Below, piece after piece: positions 46,457-55,689 of a DNA stretch of 64,000 bases. The DNA comes from Betaproteobacteria bacterium. Its GTDB lineage: Bacteria; Pseudomonadota; Gammaproteobacteria; Burkholderiales; JAEUOS01. The translations under genes and the position numbers were made by a program. Every line of letters begins with the position of its first letter. Within the stretch, counting starts at the first letter, position 1. The stretch covers positions 34,039 to 98,038 of the forward strand of contig JAQGMJ010000030.1 in the NCBI GenBank assembly GCA_028292405.1. Direction: 5' to 3'. The notes beneath the pieces were generated by a model. It saw nothing but the letters and a program-made list of their open reading frames with translations, made no database searches and had not been told where the DNA came from.

Positions 46457-48120
46457 CAAGCCGCCGCTTTAATCATTGCAGCGGCTTTCTCCGCAATCAT
46501 CATGGTCGGGGCATTGGTATTGCCCGAGGTGATGGTGGGCATGATGGAGGCGTCGGCGATGCGCAGGCCTTCCAGGCCGATCACACGCAGTTGCGAATCG
46601 ACCACTGCCATCGGGTCGTCGGCGCGGCCCATCTTGCAGGTGCCCACCGGGTGGAAAATGGTGGTGCCGATGTTGCCGGCGGCCTGCGCCAGTTCGGCGT
46701 CGGTCTGGTACAGCGGGCCGGGCAGGAACTCTTCGGGGTAATAGGGCGCCAGCGCCGGCTGGGCGACGATTCTGCGGGTCAAGCGCAGGGCGTCGGCGGC
46801 GACCTTGCGGTCTTCCTCGGTCGAGAGGTAGGCGCAATGGATTTCCGGCTTGACGTCCCATTGCGGGCTCTGGATGCGCACGTGGCCGCGCGAGGTCGGG
46901 CGCAGGTTGCACACCGAGGCGGTAAAGGCAGGGAAGGGGTGCAGCGGGTCGCCGAACTTCTCCAGCGACAGCGGCTGCACGTGGTATTCGATATTGGGTG
47001 AGGCCATCTCGGGGCGGGACTTCCAGAAAATGCCGAGTTGCGAAGGCGCCATGGTCAGCGGGCCGGTGCGGTGCAGGGCGAACTCCAGCGCCATTTTCGC
47101 CTTGCCGGCGAGGGTGCCGGCGATCTCGTTCAAGGTGCGGATGCCTTGCACCTTGTAGGCGGTGCGCAGTTGCAAATGGTCCTGCAGGTTGGCGCCGACG
47201 CCCGGCAGGGCGTGATTGACGCTCATCTGGTAAGTCTGCAGCAAGCCGGGCTCGCCGACCCCGGAAACCTGCAGCAGCTGCGGTGTGCCGATCGAGCCGG
47301 CCGAGAGTACGACCTCGCGCCTCGCCGCGTAGAAGCGGCTTTCCGCGCCTTGGGGATAGGCATTCCAGATTTCCACGCCGGTGCAGCGGCGGCCGTCGAA
47401 ATAGAGTTTGCGCGCCCATGCGAAGGGCACCACCGTCAGGTTGGGCCGGTGCAGTACCGGCTTGAGAAAGGCCTTGCCGGCGTGCCAGCGGATGCCGCGC
47501 TTTTGCGTGACTTCGAATTTGCCGCTGCCGGCGTTGTCGCCGCTGTTGAAATCGCTGGTGTAGGGGATGCCGGCCTCGCGCGCGGCTTCGCGAAAGCGGT
47601 CCAGCACCTCCCAGGAAAGACGCTGCTCCTCGACCCGCAATTCGCCGCCGCCGCCGTGGAATTCGCTGTCACCGAGATGGTGGCTTTCGTGCTTTTTGAA
47701 CAGGGGCAGAACGCTTTCCCAGTTCCACGAAGAGTCACCGGTCAGTTCGGCCCAATGGTCGTAGTCGCGCGACTGCCCGCGCATGTAGATCATGGCGTTG
47801 ATCAGGGAGCAGCCGCCGAAGCCGCGGCCACGGGCATAGTGGATGTCGCGGCCGTTGAGGCCCGGATCGGCGGTGGTGCGGTACATCCAGTCGGTGCGCG
47901 GATTGGCGATGCAATAGAGATAGCCGACCGGGATGTGGATCCAGTGCCAGTTGTCCTGGCGGCCGGCTTCCAGCAGGCAGACGCTGACTTTGGGGTCGGC
48001 CGAAAGCCGGTTCGCCAGCACGCAGCCGGCGCTGCCGCCGCCGACGATCACATAGTCGAAAGTTTGTGTCTCCACGGTCTTTTGCCCTGATTTGCGGGGG
48101 TTTTTAGGTGCAGGACGCAA
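46456..48120 (-). CDS. GMC family FAD-dependent oxidoreductase (choline dehydrogenase-like)
   Basis: FDYVIVGGGSAGCVLANRLS is the FAD motif, and the GMC signature regions and C-terminal HPVGTCKMG are present. The track start at 48120 is a TTG. A GTG at 48075 (VETQTFDY) is the more likely start. Confidence 0.85.
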   Translation of the reverse strand: MRPAPKNPRKSGQKTVETQTFDYVIVGGGSAGCVLANRLSADPKVSVCLLEAGRQDNWHWIHIPVGYLYCIANPRTDWMYRTTADPGLNGRDIHYARGRGFGGCSLINAMIYMRGQSRDYDHWAELTGDSSWNWESVLPLFKKHESHHLGDSEFHGGGGELRVEEQRLSWEVLDRFREAAREAGIPYTSDFNSGDNAGSGKFEVTQKRGIRWHAGKAFLKPVLHRPNLTVVPFAWARKLYFDGRRCTGVEIWNAYPQGAESRFYAARREVVLSAGSIGTPQLLQVSGVGEPGLLQTYQMSVNHALPGVGANLQDHLQLRTAYKVQGIRTLNEIAGTLAGKAKMALEFALHRTGPLTMAPSQLGIFWKSRPEMASPNIEYHVQPLSLEKFGDPLHPFPAFTASVCNLRPTSRGHVRIQSPQWDVKPEIHCAYLSTEEDRKVAADALRLTRRIVAQPALAPYYPEEFLPGPLYQTDAELAQAAGNIGTTIFHPVGTCKMGRADDPMAVVDSQLRVIGLEGLRIADASIMPTITSGNTNAPTMMIAEKAAAMIKAAA

Positions 48121-48287
48121 TTGTAACGGCTGCCTTATGTAACGCGCGGATACCTCCCGTTACAACTTATTACGACTCCGGATCGTGGGCCAAGTATCAT
48201 GCTCTAGAGGTCCGAAAAGGCCGCCGGGAGCGCGAAGGTGCGACAAAGGCGGCATCGGCGACTCGGCAGGGAATATCAAACTTCATC

Positions 48288-48605
48288 ATGAAACGGGCGG
48301 CCAAACTGTTGATTGCGGTGGCATGGGCAGCTGCGCTGGCCAGCACCAGCGCGGCCGCGGGCCCCTTTCACGGCGGCGGGCGTGGTGGCGGCGGTGGTTT
48401 CGGTGGAGGCGGCCGCCCGGAACGCATGGAACGGCGCGAGGACCCGCGCCAGCAGATGCCGCCCCCGCAGCAGCGGCCGAACGGTCGTGAATTCAACGGC
48501 GACCCCGGCGGCGGGCGCATGAGCCCGGCGGAGCGCCAGCAGTTGCGCGAGCAGATTCGCGAGCACGGTCCGGCTTATCGCGAGCGCGATCGCGGCCGCC
48601 AATAG
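48288..48605 (+). CDS. Small secreted Gly/Arg/Pro/Gln-rich disordered protein
   Basis: The ATG at 48288 gives MKRAAKLLIAVAWAAALASTSAAA (signal peptide), then GPFHGGGRGGGGGFGGGGRPER...RMSPAERQQLREQIREHGP. It is on the same strand, 25 nt upstream of the DUF1800 gene. Confidence 0.55.
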   Translation: MKRAAKLLIAVAWAAALASTSAAAGPFHGGGRGGGGGFGGGGRPERMERREDPRQQMPPPQQRPNGREFNGDPGGGRMSPAERQQLREQIREHGPAYRERDRGRQ

Positions 48606-48630
48606 CTTCTCTAGCGCCGGTGAGGTGAGC

Positions 48631-50154
48631 ATGCGGCTTCTGAAGACTACCCTGGGTGCATTGCTGGCGCTTTTGCTGCTGAGCCTGCATGCGGGCGCGC
48701 AGGCGGCGCCCTTGAGCGCCGAGCAAGCGCGTCATCTGCTGACCCGCACCGGCTTTGCGCCGACCGAGGCTGAAGTGCGTCAGTACGCGGGCATGGACCG
48801 TGAAGAGGCGGTGGACCGGCTGCTGCGCGGCGCGCGTACCGAAGCCAGAACGCCGCCTCCGCCCTGGGTCAACGAGGAGTTCGAGCGCCCGCGGGTGAAG
48901 GAAATGGCGCCGGAGGAGCGCAAGGAGTACCAGCGCATGCTGGCGCTGCGCGGCTTCGACCTGCGCGGCTGGTGGATGAGCGAGATGCTCACCACGCCCA
49001 CGCCGCTGACCGAGCGCATGACCCTGTTCTGGCATAACCATTTCGTCTCCAGCCTGCAAAAGGTGCGGGTGCCGCAGGCGATGTACCGGCAGAACGTGCT
49101 GCTGCGGCGCTACGCCCTGGGCAATTTCGGGGCGATGCTGCATGCGGTGGCCAAGGACCCGGCGATGATCATCTACCTCGACTCGGCGACCAACCGCAAG
49201 GGCGCGCCGAACGAGAACTTCGCGCGCGAGGTGATGGAGTTGTTCACCCTGGGCGAAGGGCATTACAGCGAGCAGGACATCAAGGAAGCGGCGCGCGCCT
49301 ATACCGGCTGGAGCCTGGAGCCGCGTACCGTCGATTTCAAATGGCGCCCGTTCTTTCACGACGAAGGCGTGAAGACCGTGCTGGGCAAGAGCGGCAATTT
49401 CGACGGTGACGCGGTACTCGACCTTTTGCTGGCGCAGCCGGCCGCCGCCGAGTTCATCGTGAAAAAGATGTGGGTGGAGTTCGTCTCGCCCGATACCGAG
49501 AGTCCGGCCAATCGCGCGGAAATCGCCCGCATCGCGGCGCAGTTTCGCGCTTCGCATTACGAGATCAGGACGGCGCTCTCCGGCATTTTCAATTCCCCGC
49601 GCTTCTGGGCGCCGGAGAATCGCGCCGTGCTGGTGAAGTCGCCGGTGGAGTTGGTGGCAGGCGCCGTGCGCCAGCTCGGCGTGGGCTATGGCGACCCGCT
49701 GCCCTTTGTCTACGCCACCGCCAGCCTAGGGCAGAACCTGATGGCGCCGCCGAATGTGCGCGGCTGGCCGGGCGGCGATGTCTGGATCAACAGCACCACC
49801 TTGCTGGGGCGCAAGCAGTTCATCGAGCGCCTGATGCGGGTCGACGTGATGCGGGAACCGGCGAGCGACTTGCAGCCGCTGGCGGCTGAGAGCGGGATGA
49901 ACGGCATGCGGCGCAACGAGGGCGAGAAAATCCAGGGCGCCGGGCGCACCGGTGCGGAAGGGCGCGAACGTCTGGTACGCGCAGCCGCCAGCATCCAGGT
50001 GGATAGCCAGAAGTATCTGGCGCAGTTCAGCGGGCCGGTGCAGCTGACCCAGGCCGTGCTGCCGGGGCAGCCGGCCAATCCCTTGGCCGGAGACCTGGCG
50101 GGCCCGCCCTTGCTCAAGGCTTTGTTGCTCGATCCAATGTATCAATTGAAGTAG
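48631..50154 (+). CDS. DUF1800 domain-containing secreted protein
   Basis: About 507 aa with a signal peptide (MRLLKTTLGALLALLLLSLHAGAQA). MTLFWHNHFVSS and NENFAREVMELFTLGEGHYSEQDI match the DUF1800 core as I recall it. The track start at 48625 is a GTG two codons upstream. Confidence 0.75.
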   Translation: MRLLKTTLGALLALLLLSLHAGAQAAPLSAEQARHLLTRTGFAPTEAEVRQYAGMDREEAVDRLLRGARTEARTPPPPWVNEEFERPRVKEMAPEERKEYQRMLALRGFDLRGWWMSEMLTTPTPLTERMTLFWHNHFVSSLQKVRVPQAMYRQNVLLRRYALGNFGAMLHAVAKDPAMIIYLDSATNRKGAPNENFAREVMELFTLGEGHYSEQDIKEAARAYTGWSLEPRTVDFKWRPFFHDEGVKTVLGKSGNFDGDAVLDLLLAQPAAAEFIVKKMWVEFVSPDTESPANRAEIARIAAQFRASHYEIRTALSGIFNSPRFWAPENRAVLVKSPVELVAGAVRQLGVGYGDPLPFVYATASLGQNLMAPPNVRGWPGGDVWINSTTLLGRKQFIERLMRVDVMREPASDLQPLAAESGMNGMRRNEGEKIQGAGRTGAEGRERLVRAAASIQVDSQKYLAQFSGPVQLTQAVLPGQPANPLAGDLAGPPLLKALLLDPMYQLK

Positions 50155-50170
50155 TTGCCGAGGTGCCGCC

Positions 50171-51337
50171 ATGAATCGCCGCATATTTTTACAAGCCGCC
50201 GCTGGCGCCGCCGCGCTCGCTTCGATCCCCGGCTGGGCGCAAAGCGCGCTTTCCGCGAGCAGTGCGAATTTCGGCAACCTGCTGATCCTGGTCGAGTTGA
50301 AGGGGGCGAACGATGGCTTGAACACCGTGGTGCCGTTTGCCGACCAAACTTACTACAGCCTGCGGCCGCGCATCGGCATCAAGCGCGAGGAGGTGTTGCA
50401 GTTGAGCGAGCGCGCCGGATTTCACCCCGGCCTCGCGCCGCTGCTGCCCCTGTGGAAAAACGGGCAGCTGGCGGTGATCGAAGGCGTGGGCTACCCGAAC
50501 GCCAATCTTTCGCATTTTCGCTCCATCGAGATCTGGGATACGGCTTCCGGCGCGAATGAATATCTGCACGACGGCTGGCTGGCACGGGCCTTTGCTGCCA
50601 ACCCGGTGCCCAGAAGTTATCTTGCCGATGGCGTGGTGGTGGGCAGCAACGATATGGGGCCGGTCGAGAATTCGCCGCGCTCCGTCGCCCTGGTCAATAC
50701 CGACCAGTTCTTGCGTCAGGCGAAGTTTGCCGAGCGCGGCGGGTATGCGAAGAATCCCGCGCTCAATCACATCCTGCAGGTGGAAAACAATATCGTCGAG
50801 GCGGCGGCAGGACTCAATGGCCATTTTGAATTTAAAACCCAATACCCGGCCGGCAATTTCGGCAGTCAGGTGAAGACGGCGGCACAGGTGGCGGCCAACA
50901 AGTCCGGCGTGGCCGCCTTGCGCCTTTCCCTCGGCGGCTTCGACACCCACCAGAATCAGCCGAACACCCATGCGAACCTGATGAAGACCCTGGCCGAGGG
51001 GCTGGTGGCGCTGCAGGCTTCGCTACAGGAAATCGGGCGCTGGAACAATACGCTGGTGATGACCTATTCCGAGTTCGGCCGGCGCCCGCGCGAAAACCAG
51101 AGCGGTGGCACCGATCACGGCACGGCGGCGCCGCAATTCGTCATGGGCGGCCGGGTCAAGGGCGGCCTTTACGGCCAGGCGCCGCAATTGGCGCGCCTGG
51201 ACGGCAACGGCAATCTGCCCTATGCGGTGGACTTCCGTGACCTCTACGCGACGGTGCTGGAACGTTGGTGGGGGGTGCCGGCGCAAGGCGTGCTCGGCGC
51301 GCGTTTCGCGGGGCTCGACCTCGTACGCGCGGCTTGA
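50171..51337 (+). CDS. DUF1501 domain-containing protein (sulfatase/alkaline-phosphatase-like fold), Tat-exported
   Basis: 388 aa. Twin-arginine signal MNRRIFLQAAAGAAALASIPGWA. GGFDTHQNQ and SEFGRRPRENQSGGTDHG are typical DUF1501 motifs. Confidence 0.8.
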   Translation: MNRRIFLQAAAGAAALASIPGWAQSALSASSANFGNLLILVELKGANDGLNTVVPFADQTYYSLRPRIGIKREEVLQLSERAGFHPGLAPLLPLWKNGQLAVIEGVGYPNANLSHFRSIEIWDTASGANEYLHDGWLARAFAANPVPRSYLADGVVVGSNDMGPVENSPRSVALVNTDQFLRQAKFAERGGYAKNPALNHILQVENNIVEAAAGLNGHFEFKTQYPAGNFGSQVKTAAQVAANKSGVAALRLSLGGFDTHQNQPNTHANLMKTLAEGLVALQASLQEIGRWNNTLVMTYSEFGRRPRENQSGGTDHGTAAPQFVMGGRVKGGLYGQAPQLARLDGNGNLPYAVDFRDLYATVLERWWGVPAQGVLGARFAGLDLVRAA

Positions 51338-51487
51338 TTCCCGCTTGATTCCATAGACGTGGGATATATCGGCAATAAGCGGGACAAGCGCCGCGCCCGG
51401 TCGTAGAATGCGCGGATTGCGCTCGCGCCGGAGCAGGTTTCGGCGTCCCGGGTGCGATGTTCTCCATCTCACCTATCGAGGTTTGTC

Positions 51488-52480
51488 ATGAGCAAAAATC
51501 TTCCGGCCCGCCGTCTCGGCAAGGGCGGCCCGATGGTCTCCGCCATCGGCCTGGGCTGCATGTCGCTCTCCGGCGTGTACGGGCAGTCGAGCGATGAAAA
51601 CGGCGTGGCGGTGATCCAGCATGCGCTGGATGCGGGCGTCAATTTTCTTGATACCTCCGACATGTACGGCTGGGGGCACAACGAGACGGTGGTGGGCAAG
51701 GCGCTGAAAGGCCGGCGCGACGGCGTGATCCTCGCCAGCAAATTCGGCCAGACCAAGGGCGAGGGCGGCAAGAACGGCGTCAACGGCAAGCCGGAATACG
51801 TGATCGAGGCCTGCGAGGCCAGCCTGAAGCGTATGGGCGTGGAAGTGATCGATCTTTACTACGTGCATCGCATCGATCCCAGCGTGCCGATCGAGGACAC
51901 CGTGGGCGCGATGGCCAAGCTGGTGCAGCAGGGCAAGGTCAAGCACCTCGGCCTGTGCGAGGCTAAGCCCGAGACGGTGCGCCGCGCCCACAAGACCCAT
52001 CCGCTGGCGGCGCTGCAGACCGAGTATTCGCTGCTGTACCGTGAAGAGGCGGAAGAGTCGCTGAAGACCACGCGCGAACTGGGTATCTCCTTCGTTGCCT
52101 ATTCGCCGCTGGGGCGCAGCCTGCTGACGGCGAATGTGCAAAGCTTGCAGGACGTGGCGGGCGACCGCCGCAGCGACCACCCGCGCTTTGCCGCCGAGAA
52201 CTTCGAACACAATCGCGAGCTGGTGAAAAACATCGAGGTGCTGGCGCGCGACAAGGGCTGCAAGCCCGCGCAAATCGCGCTGGCCTGGGTGCTGGCGCAG
52301 GGCGAGGACATCGTTCCGATCCCCGGCACCAAGCAGGTGGCACGGGTCGATGAAAACCTCGGCGCCCTGGCCGTGACTCTGAGCGCTGCTGAAGTGGCGC
52401 ACCTGTCCCGAGTGTTCGCCAAGGGTGCCACCAGCGGTACGCGCTACCCGGCCGGCGGCATGAAGGGCGTTTACATCTAG
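51488..52480 (+). CDS. Aldo/keto reductase
   Basis: The ATG at 51488 gives MSKNLPARRLGKGGPMVSAIGLGCMSLSGVYG. FLDTSDMYG, the HRIDP motif and the typical AKR length (330 aa) are present. Confidence 0.9.
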   Translation: MSKNLPARRLGKGGPMVSAIGLGCMSLSGVYGQSSDENGVAVIQHALDAGVNFLDTSDMYGWGHNETVVGKALKGRRDGVILASKFGQTKGEGGKNGVNGKPEYVIEACEASLKRMGVEVIDLYYVHRIDPSVPIEDTVGAMAKLVQQGKVKHLGLCEAKPETVRRAHKTHPLAALQTEYSLLYREEAEESLKTTRELGISFVAYSPLGRSLLTANVQSLQDVAGDRRSDHPRFAAENFEHNRELVKNIEVLARDKGCKPAQIALAWVLAQGEDIVPIPGTKQVARVDENLGALAVTLSAAEVAHLSRVFAKGATSGTRYPAGGMKGVYI

Positions 52481-52587
52481 AGGAACACTGATTAAAGTGG
52501 GCTACGCCCCCTTAACAACCCCGATTGCAGAGAGAGGTTTGCCTCGCCTTCCTCCAGTTTTCGGGGTTTGTTCAGTTGTTCTCTAAA

Positions 52588-53391
52588 CTATTTAGCCGAT
52601 GGAGCGACGACGACGCCGCGCAAGCCGGCGCCGTCGATCGCTTTTTGTACCGCGCCGGAGCGCTTGGCTTGTTCGACAAAAGCCTCGACATAAGCCAGCG
52701 CCGCCGGCCGGCTGCGCGGGATGATGATGGTCATTTCCGCCGCCGCGAAGCGATCCTCCAGCACCCGCGAACCGGGCAGGCGCGCGGCCAGGCCGAGCAG
52801 CAGGAAGCGGTTTTGCGCCAGTGCGTCTACCTTGCCTTCGCGCAGCATCTCGAAGGCGGCGGCTTCGGTGTCGGCCTGTACCAGGGTAGCGGCCTTGAGG
52901 TTGCGCTCCAGATAAAGCGCGGTGGCGGCGCCGCGCGCGGCGACAATGCGGGTACCGGCCTGGTCGGCGCCAGGTACGCTGGTGATGGCCGCGCCGGGTT
53001 TGATCAGATAGGTCAAGTCCACCACCATGTGCGGCGGCGCGAAATCGACGACGTTGCGCCGTGCCGGGTCGAAGGCGACCACGGCGATGTCCCAGGCGCC
53101 GTTCTTCGCTTCCTCGACCATCTTGCCGACGGCGGTGTATTCGATCACCGTGGCCGGGAGGCCCGCGCTTGCCGCGAGTTCGCGGCCCAGGGTGACGGTG
53201 GTGCCGACGACTTCGCCCGGCGTTTTGCCCTTGCTGCCGATCACCGGGTTGCCAATGAATACGGCGATGCGCAGGGTGCCGCCGGGCGCGAGTTCGCTTT
53301 TGGCAGCGGCAGTCGGCGTGGACGGGTTGCTGGCGCAGCCGGCGGCCGCGGCGGCGAAGACCCAGACAAAGGGCCACTGGAACTTGAACAT
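52588..53391 (-). CDS. Periplasmic substrate-binding lipoprotein (family 3 / PBP2-type transporter SBP domain), orphan
   Basis: The ATG at 53391 follows the RBS ggagac. The lipobox is FAAAAAGC. The body is SBP_bac_3-like (..GTLRIAV.., ..DIAVVAFDPAR.., ..GKVDALAQN..). Confidence 0.7.
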   Translation of the reverse strand: MFKFQWPFVWVFAAAAAGCASNPSTPTAAAKSELAPGGTLRIAVFIGNPVIGSKGKTPGEVVGTTVTLGRELAASAGLPATVIEYTAVGKMVEEAKNGAWDIAVVAFDPARRNVVDFAPPHMVVDLTYLIKPGAAITSVPGADQAGTRIVAARGAATALYLERNLKAATLVQADTEAAAFEMLREGKVDALAQNRFLLLGLAARLPGSRVLEDRFAAAEMTIIIPRSRPAALAYVEAFVEQAKRSGAVQKAIDGAGLRGVVVAPSAK

Positions 53392-53527
53392 GCTGGTCTC
53401 CTGTTTGTGTTTTTTCTTTGGCGCCCGAAACCGCAATGCCGTTCCGGCAGCGCCAGGATACGCGTTATGCGCGCCCGCAGATGCTATGCTGGCGGCAGCG
53501 ATTCGACAACAATATCCGGAGACATGA

Positions 53528-54580
53528 ATGCTCAGCTATGACGTGACCGAGTGGGGCAAGCCCCTGCAAAAAGCCCTGCGCGAGACGCCCGCGCCGACCG
53601 GCACCGAGGTGCTGGTGCGGGTTAAGTATTGCGGCGTGTGCCACAGCGACGTGCATATCCGCGACGGTTATTTCGATCTCGGCGGCGGCAAGAAATTCCA
53701 GATGAGCGACCGCGGCATGAAACCGCCGGTGACCATGGGGCACGAGCCCTACGGCACGGTGCTTTCCGGTGGGCCGGACGCGGGCGCGCTGCCGATCGGC
53801 GAAGACCGCCTGATCTACCCCTGGACCGGTTGCGGCGTGTGCGCGCGCTGCCTGGAGGGCAAGGACAACTGGTGCCCGGCGCCGCGCTACCTCGGCATCC
53901 AGCGCAGCGGCGGCTACGCCGACTACATGCTGGTGCCGCATTCGCGCTACCTGGTGGACGCCACCGGCATCGACCCTTCCTACGCGCCCATCCTGGCCTG
54001 CTCGGGTCTCACAACCTACAGCGCGGTGAACAAGCTCAAGCCGTATTCGTCGGAGGACTGGCTGGTGGTGATGGGGGCCGGCGGCTTGGGACTGATGGCG
54101 ATCGCGATGTTGCATGCCATGGGCCACGAGCGCATCGTTTCCTGCGACATCGACGCCGGCAAGTACGCGGCGGCCAAGGCCGCGGGCGCCGCCGAGACCA
54201 TGAACCCGGCGGATGCGGGCACGCTGGCGCGCCTGCAGGCCTTGCAGGGCGGCATCGCGGGCGTGGTCGACCTGGTGGGGGCCAGCCAGACGGCGCAGCT
54301 CGGCCTGGCCTCGATGCGCAAGGGCGGGCGTTATGTGCTGGTGGGCTTGTTCGGCGGCGAGATTCCGCTGTCGCTGGTGCCGGTGGCGCAGCGCGCGCTG
54401 ACGATCCAGGGTTCCTATGTCGGTACCGTGGACGAATTGCGCGACGTGGTGGCCCTGGCCAAGGTGGGCAAGCTGAAGCCGATTCCTACAGAAACCCGGC
54501 CGCTGGACCAGGTATCGCGCACGCTCGACGAGCTCAAGGCCGGTACCGTGGTGGGCCGGGTGGTGGCGAAAATCGACTAA
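53528..54580 (+). CDS. Zinc-dependent alcohol dehydrogenase (MDR family)
   Basis: 350 aa with the catalytic Zn motifs GVCHSDVH and GHEPYG, a structural Zn Cys cluster (CGVCARCLEGKDNWC) and the Rossmann motif VMGAGGLG. Confidence 0.85.
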   Translation: MLSYDVTEWGKPLQKALRETPAPTGTEVLVRVKYCGVCHSDVHIRDGYFDLGGGKKFQMSDRGMKPPVTMGHEPYGTVLSGGPDAGALPIGEDRLIYPWTGCGVCARCLEGKDNWCPAPRYLGIQRSGGYADYMLVPHSRYLVDATGIDPSYAPILACSGLTTYSAVNKLKPYSSEDWLVVMGAGGLGLMAIAMLHAMGHERIVSCDIDAGKYAAAKAAGAAETMNPADAGTLARLQALQGGIAGVVDLVGASQTAQLGLASMRKGGRYVLVGLFGGEIPLSLVPVAQRALTIQGSYVGTVDELRDVVALAKVGKLKPIPTETRPLDQVSRTLDELKAGTVVGRVVAKID

Positions 54581-54642
54581 CCGGCGGGGTGGAAACGCGG
54601 AGTGGGACGGGCGGCGATTTGCGCCGCGCCCCATTTCAGCGC

Positions 54643-54906
54643 ATGATTGGCGCCATGGAACGCAAACGTCTTCTCGGCGGGCAGCTCAAGGCAGCGGGCT
54701 ACGACCGTACCCGGCGCGTGCTCGAGGTCGAGCTGGCCAACGGCAACGTGGTCGAGTACGCCAATGTCGGCGCGGAGATCGCGCGGCGGCTGCTGGAGAG
54801 CCATACGCCTTGGAGCTATTACCGCGACAATATCGAGGACGAATTCTCCGGTGAGGTGATCGGCCGCGTCGCCACCAGCGGCGCGCCGCCCAATCCGTTC
54901 GACTAG
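54643..54906 (+). CDS. KTSC domain-containing small protein
   Basis: 87 aa. AAGYDRTRRVLEVELANGNVVEYANVGAEIARRLLESHTPWSYYRDNI fits the KTSC pattern. It is embedded at the 3' end of a long spurious track ORF (53629..54906). An alternative ATG is at 54655. Confidence 0.6.
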   Translation: MIGAMERKRLLGGQLKAAGYDRTRRVLEVELANGNVVEYANVGAEIARRLLESHTPWSYYRDNIEDEFSGEVIGRVATSGAPPNPFD

Positions 54907-54972
54907 CGACCCGTCCGCTATACTTCGGCTCTCGTGTTCCGGCCCGGCTGGAACGCATAAAAAGCCGTATCC

Positions 54973-55689
54973 ATGTTTCTACTCGCCCTCGAGACCTCGA
55001 CCGAATATTGCTCCTGCGCCTTGAACCTGGACGGTGAAGTGCGCGAGTCCAGCGTGCTGGCGGGGCAGGGGCATTCCGCGCTGCTGCTGCCGATGGTGGC
55101 CGGGCTGATGGCGCAGGCGGGGCTGGCTTTCGGGCAACTGGATGTGATTGCTTTCGGCGCCGGTCCAGGCTCGTTCACCGGGCTGCGTATCGCCTGCGGT
55201 GCGGCGCAAGGCCTGGCCTTCGCCCATGACCTCCCGGTAGTCCCGGTGGTGACCCTGGAAGCCCTGGCGCAGGACAGTGGCGCCGATCGCGTGCTTGCCT
55301 GCCTGGACGCGCGTCTGGGCGAGCTTTACCTAGCGGCCTACGAACGTGTCGCGGACGATCAATTGAAAGTCGTGGCCGAACCGGCCTTGCTCAAGACCTC
55401 CGGCCTGCCTGTGTTGCCGGGCACCTGGACCGGCGTGGGTAGCGGATTCGCGGCACATGCGGCGGCGCTCACCGGGCAGTACACGCTGGGCGCCATTCAT
55501 GCCGAAGCCTTTCCCCGTGCCGCCGCGGTTGCGCGTCTGGGCGCGGCGCGGTTCGCCCGCGGTGAGTTTGTCCGTGCCGAAGAAGCGGTGCCCCTGTATC
55601 TGCGCGACAAGGTGGCGCTCGATGTGCACGAACAGGCGGCACTGCGCGCCGAGCGTCGCCAGCCGGCCGCGGGCGGGGTGGCCGTATGA
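54973..55689 (+). CDS. tsaB: tRNA t6A37 biosynthesis protein TsaB
   Basis: 238 aa. MFLLALETSTEYCSCAL... and GAGPGSFTGLRIACGAAQGLA are present. Confidence 0.85.
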   Translation: MFLLALETSTEYCSCALNLDGEVRESSVLAGQGHSALLLPMVAGLMAQAGLAFGQLDVIAFGAGPGSFTGLRIACGAAQGLAFAHDLPVVPVVTLEALAQDSGADRVLACLDARLGELYLAAYERVADDQLKVVAEPALLKTSGLPVLPGTWTGVGSGFAAHAAALTGQYTLGAIHAEAFPRAAAVARLGAARFARGEFVRAEEAVPLYLRDKVALDVHEQAALRAERRQPAAGGVAV

